Source of the DNA: a virus
Taxonomy: Duplodnaviria; Caudoviricetes
Strand: one strand, 5' to 3'
Length of the DNA: 64,000 nucleotides
Virus record (IMG/VR): IMGVR_UViG_3300012664_000155
Span: 925 to 64,924 of that record
Part shown: positions 1 to 9,703 of the stretch, piece by piece
Layout: the number at the start of each line of letters is the position of its first letter
How positions within the stretch are numbered: the stretch's first letter is position 1
Translations under genes and position numbers: made by a program
Notes under the pieces: model-generated
Database searches by the model: none
What the model saw: the letters and a program-made list of their open reading frames with translations, nothing else
Told to the model about the DNA's origin: nothing

Positions 1-167
1 TTACGTAAGAAAGAAGCGATTGTACGGTTACCGTAACGCTCGAACTCTTGCTCGTAAGTGTCTGGTAAATACTGATTCAAAAAGTTGAAATCAGAGATGT
101 AATTTGATGCAAGCGGTGTTTTCGCTGCACTTGGAGTAAGTGAATACCCTGGTGTGTTTAAAGCCAT
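1..167 (-). CDS. major capsid protein, N-terminal part (runs off window start)
   Basis: Manual translation MALNTPGYSLTPSAAKTPLASNYISDFNFLNQYLPDTYEQEFERYGNRTIASFLR; directly follows the scaffold-like gene. Confidence 0.75.
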   Translation of the reverse strand, partial: MALNTPGYSLTPSAAKTPLASNYISDFNFLNQYLPDTYEQEFERYGNRTIASFLR

Positions 168-179
168 TTTTTTTAGTTT

Positions 180-1256
180 TTAGCGTTTTTTAATCTTAAA
201 TGTACTATTTCCGCCATCATCTACTACTCGTATCTTCATACCACCTTCATTAGGAGTTGGGTTAGGAGCTGTTCGAATCATATCAATGTTTTTAGATTCT
301 TTCTCAAAATCCACCACCGAATCTGCTTTACCCTTCTCATAGAAGAATTTAGCAAACTTTTCAGGGTCTGTTGCTACGGCTATAGCTCGATGGAAACCTT
401 CAGCATCCTTTAAGAAACCTTCCTCATCTAAGAAACTTCCGATGAAGTTACCTAGGTTAGATTGTTGCTCTTTAAGTGTTCTGTGATCCGCTGGCTTGTA
501 CGTAACTCTATCATTTTCAGTAACATTAAACCCGAAACCTTCGAATTTATCTGAAAACAATTCGTCCGTTTTTTCAGCGAAAAACTTCTGACGCTTCATT
601 TGCTCCTCTTGCTGCATAGACTGGGCGCTCTTATTTGCTTTAAAAGCATTGTACTCCTCCATGTCTTCATTAGGAACTGAAGCAGCTCTTGACTCAAGAG
701 GCACTTTGTATTGTTCCTTCAGATTGTTGAAGTAATCCTTTGCTTTTGCAAGCTCTTTTTTTGCAGCTAGTTTTTTTCTTTTGATTTCTTTATCGTCATC
801 AAAGTCCTCATCATAAGAAAATCTTTCCATCTCAAGAGCGATGTCCTCATCGTCTAATTCAGGATTTTGTTCCTTATAATAACTAGCTAGTAAAGATTCT
901 GGCTTCATGCTATCAAAGTCTTTATTTAATTCCATAAAGTCATTAATACCTCTACCAGTTTCTTTTTTATACTTCAAAAAAGCAGAAACATCTTCAGGTA
1001 ATTCTTCATTTGCTTCACGCTCCTGAAATAAATCATCTAAAGAGTTAATCTCTTTTCCGTATCTTGTTTTAATATGTGAAAGAACGACATTGTCATCTAT
1101 CTCATTGGTAGGCTGTTCGATAATTGAAGTTTCCTCAATTACTGGAGTTTCTACCGTTTCTTCAATACTTTCTTGATGCTCTTCAATCAACTGCTCTTCA
1201 ATTTGAGCGATTGATTTTTCCTCAGAGTCAACAAGCCTTACTTTAAACTCATCCAT
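180..1256 (-). CDS. putative capsid scaffolding/assembly protein
   Basis: 358 aa, very acidic and coiled-coil-like, between portal and capsid gene. Confidence 0.55.
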   Translation of the reverse strand: MDEFKVRLVDSEEKSIAQIEEQLIEEHQESIEETVETPVIEETSIIEQPTNEIDDNVVLSHIKTRYGKEINSLDDLFQEREANEELPEDVSAFLKYKKETGRGINDFMELNKDFDSMKPESLLASYYKEQNPELDDEDIALEMERFSYDEDFDDDKEIKRKKLAAKKELAKAKDYFNNLKEQYKVPLESRAASVPNEDMEEYNAFKANKSAQSMQQEEQMKRQKFFAEKTDELFSDKFEGFGFNVTENDRVTYKPADHRTLKEQQSNLGNFIGSFLDEEGFLKDAEGFHRAIAVATDPEKFAKFFYEKGKADSVVDFEKESKNIDMIRTAPNPTPNEGGMKIRVVDDGGNSTFKIKKR

Positions 1257-1278
1257 TATATTTAATTTTAATTTGTTA

Positions 1279-1286
1279 CAAATTTA
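1279..1286 (-). promoter_or_regulatory. Bacteroidota sigma70 -7 box (TAAATTTG)
   Basis: Matches TAnnTTTG, 22 nt upstream of the 180..1256 start. Confidence 0.6.
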
Positions 1287-1304
1287 ACTATTTTTTTAAT
1301 ACTA

Positions 1305-1646
1305 CTAAACTAGCGTTAGTAAGTACAGGGTCTCGTTAATTAACCCAACCATCTCATCCATAATATTTTGTAAATCTGAAGAGTAGTTATCTCTCTCAGT
1401 TTCGATCATTTGTTGCATAGACTTCAAGTGCTCCATAGCAGATAACTTCTTAGATTCTGGAATAACAATCTCTACTCGTTTATTTCTTCCGAAGTATTTC
1501 TCTGTAAATGAATCAGTTAACTCTAGTATACCCTCATAGTATGCGCCTAATGTTTTATGCTCTGAATAAGATGTTGTCTGCAAATGTGTGATGTGCATAG
1601 CATCTCTTGATTGGAATAATGTTCCGATGAATTTTCCTGGTGTCAT
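1305..1646 (-). CDS. DUF5856-like ferritin/Dps-fold small protein
   Basis: HITHLQTTSYSEHKTLGAYYEGILELTDSFTEKYFG resembles Dps/ferritin helices. Confidence 0.6.
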   Translation of the reverse strand: MTPGKFIGTLFQSRDAMHITHLQTTSYSEHKTLGAYYEGILELTDSFTEKYFGRNKRVEIVIPESKKLSAMEHLKSMQQMIETERDNYSSDLQNIMDEMVGLINETLYLLTLV

Positions 1647-1656
1647 AATTATTTAT

Positions 1657-4092
1657 TTATCTTGGTTCAAATCCAGATAAGTCGAATCCGTCAAGGCTAT
1701 CATCCTCTGACTCGAAGTTAACTGGTGGTAAGTTATTTTTTCTTTGATCGATTAATTTAGATTGAGCTGTAGCTTGCTTCTTAACTCGATCGTCTTTAGC
1801 TAGTTCTTTCTTCTCTTCACGTTGCATAAGATTTTCAGTCTCAATTCCTTTAAGTTGCATATTATAGTTAAACTCTAACTGCATTAATTCTTTCTTGAAT
1901 TCAACCTCCATCTGCATCTTCTGCATCTCTAATTGCATCTCAGTTTGCTTAACAGATGATTTAACCTGAGCTTCCATCTGAATTTGCTGTGCCTTAGCTT
2001 GTGCTGCCGCTTGTTGAGATTGCATATTAATCTCTCCCTGCTGTTGCATTTTTTGCATTTCAGCAGCTTGACGTTTCTCATCGCGTTTCTTTCTCTTAAC
2101 CTTAAGTAACTCATTAGCAAGCTTTAAGTTTTTAACTAAACGAATATCAATAGCATCCTCTAAATCAATTTGATCTCTAGTTAATGCCATCTGTATATTA
2201 GCCTCAGTCTGTTGCTTCTCTTCTTCGTCTGGCTCTAGCTCAATGAATATACCAAATGAATGTAAATAAAGATTACTAATATCCTCTAATATAGATAGAT
2301 TGTATTTACCAATCTGCATTGCAAACTCTTCCTTGAAATCTGCATACTTAAGAATATCTGAAATTCTTAAAGATAAACAAATAGCTAACTTTCTAGTAAT
2401 ATCTAAACCACCATTCAAGATGTGTCTAGTAGCTGTGTTACTATTTAATGCTGCTAATTTCTGTACACCAACTAATGCATCAGGGTTAGGAGTAGATCCA
2501 TCTCTAGCCTCATTTAAACCTGTTACATCACGTATCATCGATAAGTTGTAGTTGTATACATTAATCAATGCAGCCATTTTACTTTGACCGCTATTTGTAC
2601 TTAACTCTTGAATTGGAATACGAGCGTTGTTAAACTCTCCCTCTCCTGTATAACTACGACCAACGACACTACCTGTCTGGAAGTACAATTTCAATGCATC
2701 CTCTGGAGTATACGCAGCTCCTGTACCTAAGTCAACCTCATTGATACCATCAGCATCTATGAATACCCCATCAGGAACAACTCTAGCCATTACCTGTTGT
2801 AGCTTCAAGTGAGTCAACTGAATCTGATCAGCGAAAGGAATCATTCTCTTCACTAATGAATCGATACGACCTCTGTATATACGAGGAGCAGAAACAACAT
2901 AGTTAGGTAAAGCATTCTGAGTTGCAGCCTCTGGTCTAACCATATTCTTCAATAACTCCCACTTAACCAATCTGTTACTTCCAAGTACAATTATACCATC
3001 GTACCATACATCTTTGATAACCTGAACCTTAGTAAATCTATCTTCTTCAGTTGCAGGTGGATTGAATGTGTCATCTTTCTTGATAACTCTCTCTCCACCA
3101 TTATCTAATTGTTTTTTCTTGTAGACAAAGTTTTTATTTGTTTTATAGTTAAAAAACAATAAGGTAACCATGTCCTTAGAAAAGGCATCATCTTTCAAGT
3201 TTCTTAATACAGGGAAGTAGTTATACCATGCGCTTGCATAGTTCTGAATTTCAAGCAAATCTTCTTGAGTCAATGTAGGGTCAATCTTCTTAAGCTCAGT
3301 AAAATGAACTTGTTTAACCTCTCCAAAGTAATAACAATCTGAGTGATCAGGTTTCTCCGTATAGCTATGAACCAATACAGCAGGGTCAACGTACTCAACA
3401 GTAACTCCACTTCCTTGTGTGAAGCTATGTTTAACAGCCCCCTTACCAATACTAGCTAAGTCATAGTCAACCATTGGTTTAATCGAATGGCTGTAGTCAT
3501 TAGTTTCTAGTAATGTATTAATAGCAATCTCTTCAGCAATCTCAATACTTGGTTTGTATTTCAACTGCATATACAATTCTAATTCTTCGTCTGTTTCTGG
3601 AATATCTTGCTCAGGCATTGTAAACGCATCTACACCACCCTTTTCCTTCATAATAGTTAAGATGTCCTTACCTACCATATTTTTCTCAACATTCTCCTGG
3701 AACTTGTTCTTCTTCTCAGCAGACATGATATCCTGAGCTGAAGCCTTGATAGTATACATACGGTCATTCATACCGTTAACTACAATATCAACAAATTTAG
3801 GAATGATTGGAACAATAGACCAGTCTAAGTTCATGTGCGACAAATCACCATCAATTGCTAACTCACCCTTATACTTAGCTACAGGTTGCTCACCTCTTGC
3901 GTAAAGTCTAAGTCTATGATATTCAGCGAATTGATCGTAGTATCTACAGCTATCATTGCCGACTCTTTTGAACCATTCTGATTGAATAGCTCTACCCACT
4001 TTCAGACCGTAGTCCTTAGTTTGTTTTTCTGAATCAGATGCTAACTGATCTGGGAAACCATAGTTTCCTATGTTTATAGATGGTTTATCCAT
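1657..4092 (-). CDS. portal protein
   Basis: 811 aa, LDWSIVPIIPKFVDIVVNG motif typical of Bacteroidota podovirus portals, Gln-rich coiled-coil C-terminus, adjacent to terminase. Confidence 0.8.
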   Translation of the reverse strand: MDKPSINIGNYGFPDQLASDSEKQTKDYGLKVGRAIQSEWFKRVGNDSCRYYDQFAEYHRLRLYARGEQPVAKYKGELAIDGDLSHMNLDWSIVPIIPKFVDIVVNGMNDRMYTIKASAQDIMSAEKKNKFQENVEKNMVGKDILTIMKEKGGVDAFTMPEQDIPETDEELELYMQLKYKPSIEIAEEIAINTLLETNDYSHSIKPMVDYDLASIGKGAVKHSFTQGSGVTVEYVDPAVLVHSYTEKPDHSDCYYFGEVKQVHFTELKKIDPTLTQEDLLEIQNYASAWYNYFPVLRNLKDDAFSKDMVTLLFFNYKTNKNFVYKKKQLDNGGERVIKKDDTFNPPATEEDRFTKVQVIKDVWYDGIIVLGSNRLVKWELLKNMVRPEAATQNALPNYVVSAPRIYRGRIDSLVKRMIPFADQIQLTHLKLQQVMARVVPDGVFIDADGINEVDLGTGAAYTPEDALKLYFQTGSVVGRSYTGEGEFNNARIPIQELSTNSGQSKMAALINVYNYNLSMIRDVTGLNEARDGSTPNPDALVGVQKLAALNSNTATRHILNGGLDITRKLAICLSLRISDILKYADFKEEFAMQIGKYNLSILEDISNLYLHSFGIFIELEPDEEEKQQTEANIQMALTRDQIDLEDAIDIRLVKNLKLANELLKVKRKKRDEKRQAAEMQKMQQQGEINMQSQQAAAQAKAQQIQMEAQVKSSVKQTEMQLEMQKMQMEVEFKKELMQLEFNYNMQLKGIETENLMQREEKKELAKDDRVKKQATAQSKLIDQRKNNLPPVNFESEDDSLDGFDLSGFEPR

Positions 4093-6320
4093 TATTTTTC
4101 TAATTGACTTGTATTGCCACTATTATTGTATCTTGCAAAATTAATATTTATTTTTGATTTCTCAATTTGCTTTATGAATGTATGTCTTCTGTTTGCCATA
4201 ATTGCAAGACCCGAACTAATAGAGGCATCATGCTTTGTACGATTGTTTATGTCGAACCTAGCCCAATCCTCAAGAGTTCTAGTAAAATACATAGATCCGA
4301 TAGTATCTGTATCTCTGTAAGTACCCTCTGAATCCATACCAACATACTCCTCGATGTACGAGTTAATAGAAGACGCGTGAGCCTGTTTAACATCCTCAGA
4401 TGAGTTAGGTATTCCCCCAAGCTCTATCTCTGTCTTAGACAGCTTAGAAATGTGTTTATCAGGTCTGTTCATAGAAAAACCTCTATAACCCCTGTTCTTT
4501 AAATGGTAAAGAAGTCGTTGCTTATTATTCTCAACCAATACAGGCATACCATAGAAAACACAAGCCATCAACACATCCTCAAAGAATATCTCAGCAGTTT
4601 GTGGTCTAGCTATGTACTCAAGGAAGAACTCATTGGTAGGAGCTTTGTCCATATGGAACTTAGTCATCCCATGAAGCGCTCCATTAGATCCACCACCTCC
4701 AACAGTTCCAGATATATCGTAAGGGTCACACCCAAACGAGCCAAGGTGATCATTCCCAGGGAACTTCCTTCCGTTCTTCACAATCACATTATTTGCCATC
4801 GAACCTGTTGGCATCCACGAAACTAAGAACCTTCCGTTCTTTTCAGGAGACCAAACTACTTTCGTGTCTTCTTGACCATTCATCCAATGGAAGTTTCCGC
4901 GCGTAAGGAACTTTTCTTTGATCAGAGAGTCATTATAATCTATCTGTTGATATATCTTAGTTAAATTAAATAAAGATTGCTTAGACTCATCTCTAAATGC
5001 GTGAGACTCTGTTCTAGGGAACTGTCTGTAGAACTCATTCAATGCATCCGAGTCATTCTTTAATGCAGCAACCTCATTGTTCCAATAAGATATTACACCA
5101 ATCTTTATAGGCTCTCCATCAATTCCAGTCACAGGCTTCTCAGGATCTTCGAATACAGGCATTCCGTACTCATCGATATAACCCTCGAAGTTCCACTCCA
5201 TAGGAATGAATAAAGAGTATAAACCACTCTTAGTCTGACCGTTACCTGATCTTATCGCAGGGTTAGAGTCATTGTATAATTTTTTGTAATTCTCACCACC
5301 TTTATCCAGTGAGTTAGATGTAGATCCCATCATGCACTTACCAATAATCTTACTACCCAAACGAAGACAGGTCTTTCTAACTCGCCAACCATTAAGTATG
5401 TTATTAGGTCGCTCTAACTTAGCAGCCTCATCCTCAACCAAGAAGAGCAACTTCTCACCATCGTAAGAGTTGTCCGCTGTATTCTTCCAGTCAATCGTTG
5501 TATCAAGTCCTTCTATCTCCTCCTCATGCTCTTCGTTCATGTTCTTCTTGGTAATCTTAGATGCAGGAACACGGAACGCGATCTCTGTCTTTGGATTATC
5601 CATACCATCCTGAACTGGCTTGAAGAAGAATGGATAGTTTCTAATAATTGGCACAACCTTATCCGTAAACATCTTCTTAGCATCCGATCCTGTCTTAGAA
5701 CATATACCAAGACGTGAATCCTTAGCTAGCGTACCGATATTAACCGTCTCTGCTGATGACATAAACGAGAACCCAGAACGTCTGTTCTTTAGGTAGCACA
5801 TACCAAAACATCTTGAGTCAGCCTTACAAGCTTCCCAAAAGATAAAATATATTCTATTTGATTCACGAAAGTCAGGTAGACCAACATCAATCTTGGTCCA
5901 CTGCAAGTACATATAGTGAGTACCTGTCAAGTAAGTAGGCTTGCTGTTATTCATAAAGAAGTGACCAAACTCTCGTCTGTCAAACTCCTCCTCTACAAAG
6001 TCTACCCACTTAGCCTTGAACGCGTTATCTCTTCTGTTCCATTCAAAGATAGTCTTTACCTTTGACAGCTCCTGTGGGTAATCATAAGGAATCCATTTAT
6101 TAGCTCCCTTTGGTAATTTCTCTGGAGCTAGTGGCAAACCGATGTATAAACCATTGATAAGATAAACCTCACCAACCGTTCCATCCTTAGATATCACAAC
6201 AAGGTCATACTTCTCATCGTATCCATACTTCCATAACTTCTTCTTATTCCTAGAATTTATGATGCTCTGAGATACGTGCTTTGTATCGATCGTATATAAT
6301 GCGTAATTACTTTCTACCAT
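4092..6320 (-). CDS. terL: terminase large subunit
   Basis: ATPase motifs (LKNRRSGFS, LVEDEAAK, MMGSTSN) and C-terminal nuclease (GCDPYD ... HDASISSG); track start 6350, 6320 more likely. Confidence 0.9.
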   Translation of the reverse strand: MVESNYALYTIDTKHVSQSIINSRNKKKLWKYGYDEKYDLVVISKDGTVGEVYLINGLYIGLPLAPEKLPKGANKWIPYDYPQELSKVKTIFEWNRRDNAFKAKWVDFVEEEFDRREFGHFFMNNSKPTYLTGTHYMYLQWTKIDVGLPDFRESNRIYFIFWEACKADSRCFGMCYLKNRRSGFSFMSSAETVNIGTLAKDSRLGICSKTGSDAKKMFTDKVVPIIRNYPFFFKPVQDGMDNPKTEIAFRVPASKITKKNMNEEHEEEIEGLDTTIDWKNTADNSYDGEKLLFLVEDEAAKLERPNNILNGWRVRKTCLRLGSKIIGKCMMGSTSNSLDKGGENYKKLYNDSNPAIRSGNGQTKSGLYSLFIPMEWNFEGYIDEYGMPVFEDPEKPVTGIDGEPIKIGVISYWNNEVAALKNDSDALNEFYRQFPRTESHAFRDESKQSLFNLTKIYQQIDYNDSLIKEKFLTRGNFHWMNGQEDTKVVWSPEKNGRFLVSWMPTGSMANNVIVKNGRKFPGNDHLGSFGCDPYDISGTVGGGGSNGALHGMTKFHMDKAPTNEFFLEYIARPQTAEIFFEDVLMACVFYGMPVLVENNKQRLLYHLKNRGYRGFSMNRPDKHISKLSKTEIELGGIPNSSEDVKQAHASSINSYIEEYVGMDSEGTYRDTDTIGSMYFTRTLEDWARFDINNRTKHDASISSGLAIMANRRHTFIKQIEKSKININFARYNNSGNTSQLEK

Positions 6321-6603
6321 TCTTGCTAGCTCTTCCTTCAGCGAAACCAAACTTACCTGAGTTTATCTCAGCAACTGGCTTCTCCTCTAATTTACCTCTC
6401 TCCTCATCTATCTTCTGCAACATAGCCATAGCATCATCAAATGCTAATCTCTTAGCTGAAGCAGCGTTCTTCATCTTATCAGCAGAAAGGTCATCCTCCC
6501 CATGGGTAATGATCTTCTCCTTAAGTACATTGATTAACTCATCCACTGCCATCTCAGCAGCTTCCAACACACGTACCTTCTTATCTTTTAAGCTTTCAGA
6601 CAT
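6307..6603 (-). CDS. hypothetical protein, possible terminase small subunit
   Basis: 98 aa helical protein immediately upstream of and overlapping terL. Confidence 0.45.
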   Translation of the reverse strand: MSESLKDKKVRVLEAAEMAVDELINVLKEKIITHGEDDLSADKMKNAASAKRLAFDDAMAMLQKIDEERGKLEEKPVAEINSGKFGFAEGRASKNGRK

Positions 6604-7139
6604 AAGTTAACTAATTTCATTCGATATAACTTCTCATCATCAATTCTAAACTCATACTCAGAGTCAGGTCTAAACGATACAACGTCTCCTGGATTTATAT
6701 TGTAATCGTTCTCAGGGATAAACTTAACAGTTCCAAATAGTTCCTTCTCAGCTGTTACAGAGTCATCCTCGTTCTTTATTGGCTTAACGAAACAATATGG
6801 ATATGGTGAGTTCCAAACACCATCAGCTCCCTTGTAAAGGTATATCTGATCATATTCAATTACGAAGATGTCGTCCTCTAGATGATTCCAACTGCTTCTC
6901 TCTCTCCCCTTTGTATCGTAATAGATTCTAAATACGTTGTGATGCACAATAACTATGTCACCCTTCTCTATAAATCCATTATAGTTTAAGGGTAGCTCGT
7001 GTACAACTGCAAACCTGTTGGTAACGGTATGATCTTCTTGAGATGAACTTACAATAAATGTCTTATCTCCGTACTGTTTCTCGCTGTCATATCTTTTACC
7101 GTTAAGAGGCTTAACAATAAAATAATAAGGTGAAACCAT
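6588..7139 (-). CDS. GroES-like protein with two tandem GroES-type domains
   Basis: Two repeats of a GroES-like pattern: YYFIVKP...AVVHELP...IEKGDIVIV and YCFVKP...GTVKFIP...INPGDVVSF...FRIDDEKLYRM. Confidence 0.55.
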   Translation of the reverse strand: MVSPYYFIVKPLNGKRYDSEKQYGDKTFIVSSSQEDHTVTNRFAVVHELPLNYNGFIEKGDIVIVHHNVFRIYYDTKGRERSSWNHLEDDIFVIEYDQIYLYKGADGVWNSPYPYCFVKPIKNEDDSVTAEKELFGTVKFIPENDYNINPGDVVSFRPDSEYEFRIDDEKLYRMKLVNLCLKA

Positions 7140-7357
7140 TAAAAGTCTATTTTGTATTCTATAGTTACAGGGATGGTACTATTGAAAGTTTTCCACTTTA
7201 CAATCTCTCCGTCCTTGAAAACATAAATATCGATATTACCATTTACATCCTGAATGATGTCTTGGATGTTATAAGTCTTGTCAAGAACAGGCTGTCCAAC
7301 TACATAGTGCATACACTTCATGTAGTCAGGACCAACCGATATCTTTCTGACTATCAT
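7139..7357 (-). CDS. hypothetical protein
   Basis: 72-aa ORF, translationally coupled. Confidence 0.7.
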   Translation of the reverse strand: MIVRKISVGPDYMKCMHYVVGQPVLDKTYNIQDIIQDVNGNIDIYVFKDGEIVKWKTFNSTIPVTIEYKIDF

Positions 7358-7590
7358 GATATTTCGCCTGTTTGCATATTAACATTACCATCACCATACT
7401 TCTCGTGAACTTCATTATTCACCTTGTTAAGCTGTTCTTCTGCAATGCTAATATTGATTAATGTTGACTGCTTGTCGTTTTTTAAACGCTCTTCTGCAAT
7501 AGCAATGTCTGCCAATCTACCTCTTAATGAATAGTAGTTGTCACGAGCCGTGTTGAACGACTCTAATTCTTCTGTAGTTAATTTTTTCAT
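7354..7590 (-). CDS. hypothetical coiled-coil protein
   Basis: 78-aa ORF with promoter box just upstream. Confidence 0.7.
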   Translation of the reverse strand: MKKLTTEELESFNTARDNYYSLRGRLADIAIAEERLKNDKQSTLINISIAEEQLNKVNNEVHEKYGDGNVNMQTGEIS

Positions 7591-7608
7591 TTTATTAAAT
7601 TTATGTCA

Positions 7609-7616
7609 CAAATATA
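7609..7616 (-). promoter_or_regulatory. -7 box (TATATTTG)
   Basis: TAnnTTTG match upstream of 7590. Confidence 0.6.
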
Positions 7617-7635
7617 ATCTTTTTTTGTGACAATA

Positions 7636-7773
7636 TTATCTTCCTTGTTTTCCGTAAGACTTAACGTAGTTCTTGCTTGTCTTAAGTTTTGATGTCTTTG
7701 CTTTAGAATGAACACCTGGTCGTGACACATTCTTCTTAGTCATCGCCTTTACTTCTCCTTGTTTCTTTGCCAT
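7636..7773 (-). CDS. small Lys-rich basic protein (45 aa)
   Basis: Manual translation MAKKQGEVKAMTKKNVSRPGVHSKAKTSKLKTSKNYVKSYGKQGR. Confidence 0.65.
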   Translation of the reverse strand: MAKKQGEVKAMTKKNVSRPGVHSKAKTSKLKTSKNYVKSYGKQGR

Positions 7774-7774
7774 T

Positions 7775-8263
7775 TTAATCTAGTTCTATGAATGGAAGTG
7801 GGTCAACTCTTCCTTTTAATCCTAACCCACATACTGCCTTTTCTCTTAATTCAAAATGTAGATGACCGCCCTTACTTACGGTAGTCATACCACCTGCATT
7901 TCCTGTGTCTCCACTTAATGCAATCTGATCACCTGCCTTTACCCTATCTCCTATATTTACATCAATACGATTGCAATGCGCGTAGAAAGCATATTTATTA
8001 TGAAGACTTGGTTCTTCTGGTCGATTTGTTTTTAAAGTAATAGTGAATCCATATCCATCCTTACCTTTATTTATTCCAACGATCTCTCCATCCTCAACAG
8101 CATAAAGTCTATATCCTTCATCTGTAGCTAAATCAATACCTTGATGAGATCTAGGTGACCCATCGCTGTTTTTGCGAGTTAATCCAAACATAGCTCCTTT
8201 AACAGAGTATAGTCCAGCTGTTCTTAACTTGCAGGTCTTTAATGGTTTATGAGTGAATTTCAT
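7775..8263 (-). CDS. M23 family peptidase (endolysin)
   Basis: HQGIDL, YAFYAHC and HLHFE M23 zinc motifs. Confidence 0.9.
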   Translation of the reverse strand: MKFTHKPLKTCKLRTAGLYSVKGAMFGLTRKNSDGSPRSHQGIDLATDEGYRLYAVEDGEIVGINKGKDGYGFTITLKTNRPEEPSLHNKYAFYAHCNRIDVNIGDRVKAGDQIALSGDTGNAGGMTTVSKGGHLHFELREKAVCGLGLKGRVDPLPFIELD

Positions 8264-8481
8264 CCTTTGTCTATTTTTTTATTCCAAACTGTTATACCAA
8301 TTGCTGTAGCAGAATAAGTAATGAACCCCCAGAATACAAACTCTTGAACTTTAAATGCATTAAAGATTACAGGCAAGAAAGCATATATAGCAGATACATG
8401 GAACGACACAAATGATGCAACTCTTTTTAAGCTCCACTTACCATTAGGTCTCAACGTATCATCTAATATCTTCTTAAACAT
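8260..8481 (-). CDS. putative holin
   Basis: 73 aa, two hydrophobic segments, GKWSLKRV motif, upstream of endolysin. Confidence 0.6.
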   Translation of the reverse strand: MFKKILDDTLRPNGKWSLKRVASFVSFHVSAIYAFLPVIFNAFKVQEFVFWGFITYSATAIGITVWNKKIDKG

Positions 8482-8747
8482 TAATTATGCATTTTAATCA
8501 TTAACTCCTTAACAGCATTAGATAACTCACTTACATTCTTTGCAAGCATCTTTATCTCTAGCTGAGTCTGCTCCTGTATTGACTGATATTTCAATCTACT
8601 CTCTTGCTCTACAAGCTCTATCTTCCCCTTTAGCTTCCCCATGTCCTCAACTACCGCTCTAACGTCAGTGTGAACCATTCTTAAAAAGTAACCAACAATC
8701 CCTGTTGAAGCCACTAATCCTGCCTGTATTAATTCTGTGTATGTCAT
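8481..8747 (-). CDS. membrane-anchored coiled-coil protein (lysis cassette)
   Basis: N-terminal hydrophobic helix followed by coiled coil. Confidence 0.5.
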   Translation of the reverse strand: MTYTELIQAGLVASTGIVGYFLRMVHTDVRAVVEDMGKLKGKIELVEQESRLKYQSIQEQTQLEIKMLAKNVSELSNAVKELMIKMHN

Positions 8748-9181
8748 CGTTTCAATAAAAATCTATAGATTGAATATACAATTAGCAACACGACCAATAA
8801 GATCGAAAGTGATTTAAGTATATACTGTATCACATCACTAAATGTAGTTTCTTTTTTATAATATTTTACTGGGATTCTTCTCTCTATGATCTTATCAACA
8901 TAAACAGTGTCGCACTTTCCTTGAATGAATACTCGGTCTCCCTTCATCCAAACCTTAACCTTAAGTTGCTCCTGCTCTAAGTAAACAGTATCTAACAAAG
9001 ACTCTACAGATACAACCGTATCTACCTTAACCTCTGGAACTACTAATCTAAACGTATCAACTAATGTAACCGTGTCTGACGTTATAAGTTCAGGGTGTAG
9101 TCTAATAAGCCTGTTAAATCTCTTAACAGGACTACATGATAATATAGTGAAAAATAATAATATGCTGAATATGAATTTCAT
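8744..9181 (-). CDS. lipoprotein with C-terminal TM helix, spanin-like
   Basis: Signal peptide with ILSC lipobox, C-terminal hydrophobic helix, in lysis cassette. Confidence 0.55.
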   Translation of the reverse strand: MKFIFSILLFFTILSCSPVKRFNRLIRLHPELITSDTVTLVDTFRLVVPEVKVDTVVSVESLLDTVYLEQEQLKVKVWMKGDRVFIQGKCDTVYVDKIIERRIPVKYYKKETTFSDVIQYILKSLSILLVVLLIVYSIYRFLLKR

Positions 9182-9186
9182 AGATA

Positions 9187-9194
9187 CAAAGATA
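9187..9194 (-). promoter_or_regulatory. -7 box (TATCTTTG)
   Basis: TAnnTTTG directly upstream of lysis cassette. Confidence 0.5.
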
Positions 9195-9203
9195 ATAATT
9201 TAT

Positions 9204-9527
9204 CTATAAAAAAGGAGGAGGTAATGTGACATCAATAGGGTTTATTTGAAACTCAATCTGTTTAGTTAAATTATCCTGCATTAAATTAGTATCTAATTCT
9301 GCTTCCAGCCAACTAACCACTTGTTCTTTAGTTAAGTCTGAATATGATGTAAAATTTTCTGTGGTAGGTTCTCCTACTGCCAAAGCGCCATACATTTCTG
9401 CAAAGTAAGTTTTATTTTCAACTACATTAGTTGCGTTATATCTCCAGTGAACTGTCTGAACTACATCAGACATTTGACCTTCTTTAATTTTACAATCCAT
9501 TGAAGATATTACCCAATTAAATAACAT
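9204..9527 (-). CDS. tail-fibre-associated hypothetical protein
   Basis: Probable start MLFNWVISS at 9527; VVQTVHWRY and FTSYSDLTKEQVVSW typical of tail-associated small proteins. Confidence 0.6.
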   Translation of the reverse strand: MLFNWVISSMDCKIKEGQMSDVVQTVHWRYNATNVVENKTYFAEMYGALAVGEPTTENFTSYSDLTKEQVVSWLEAELDTNLMQDNLTKQIEFQINPIDVTLPPPFL

Positions 9528-9675
9528 CTTCTTTTTCTTTTTCTGTAACACATAAAGGTCCGATAACATTAAGAGCTGCTAAAATATTAGCTGCATCTTG
9601 CAGGTTAAAAACCCCTTTAACCGTAGCAGCGTTTAACGCTTGCTCAATAATTTGATAAGATTGTTCTTGATTCAT
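9517..9675 (-). CDS. hypothetical protein (52 aa)
   Basis: Manual translation MNQEQSYQIIEQALNAATVKGVFNLQDAANILAALNVIGPLCVTEKEKEDVI. Confidence 0.65.
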   Translation of the reverse strand: MNQEQSYQIIEQALNAATVKGVFNLQDAANILAALNVIGPLCVTEKEKEDVI

Positions 9676-9689
9676 AATTTATATTTTTA

Positions 9690-9697
9690 CAAAGATA
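9690..9697 (-). promoter_or_regulatory. -7 box (TATCTTTG)
   Basis: TAnnTTTG upstream of 9675. Confidence 0.5.
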
Positions 9698-9703
9698 TAA
9701 AAA

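Noticed and set aside
5754-5760. Other CTGATGA matches as further hammerheads
   Set aside because: They lie inside coding sequence and lack the flanking stems and a properly placed GAAA.
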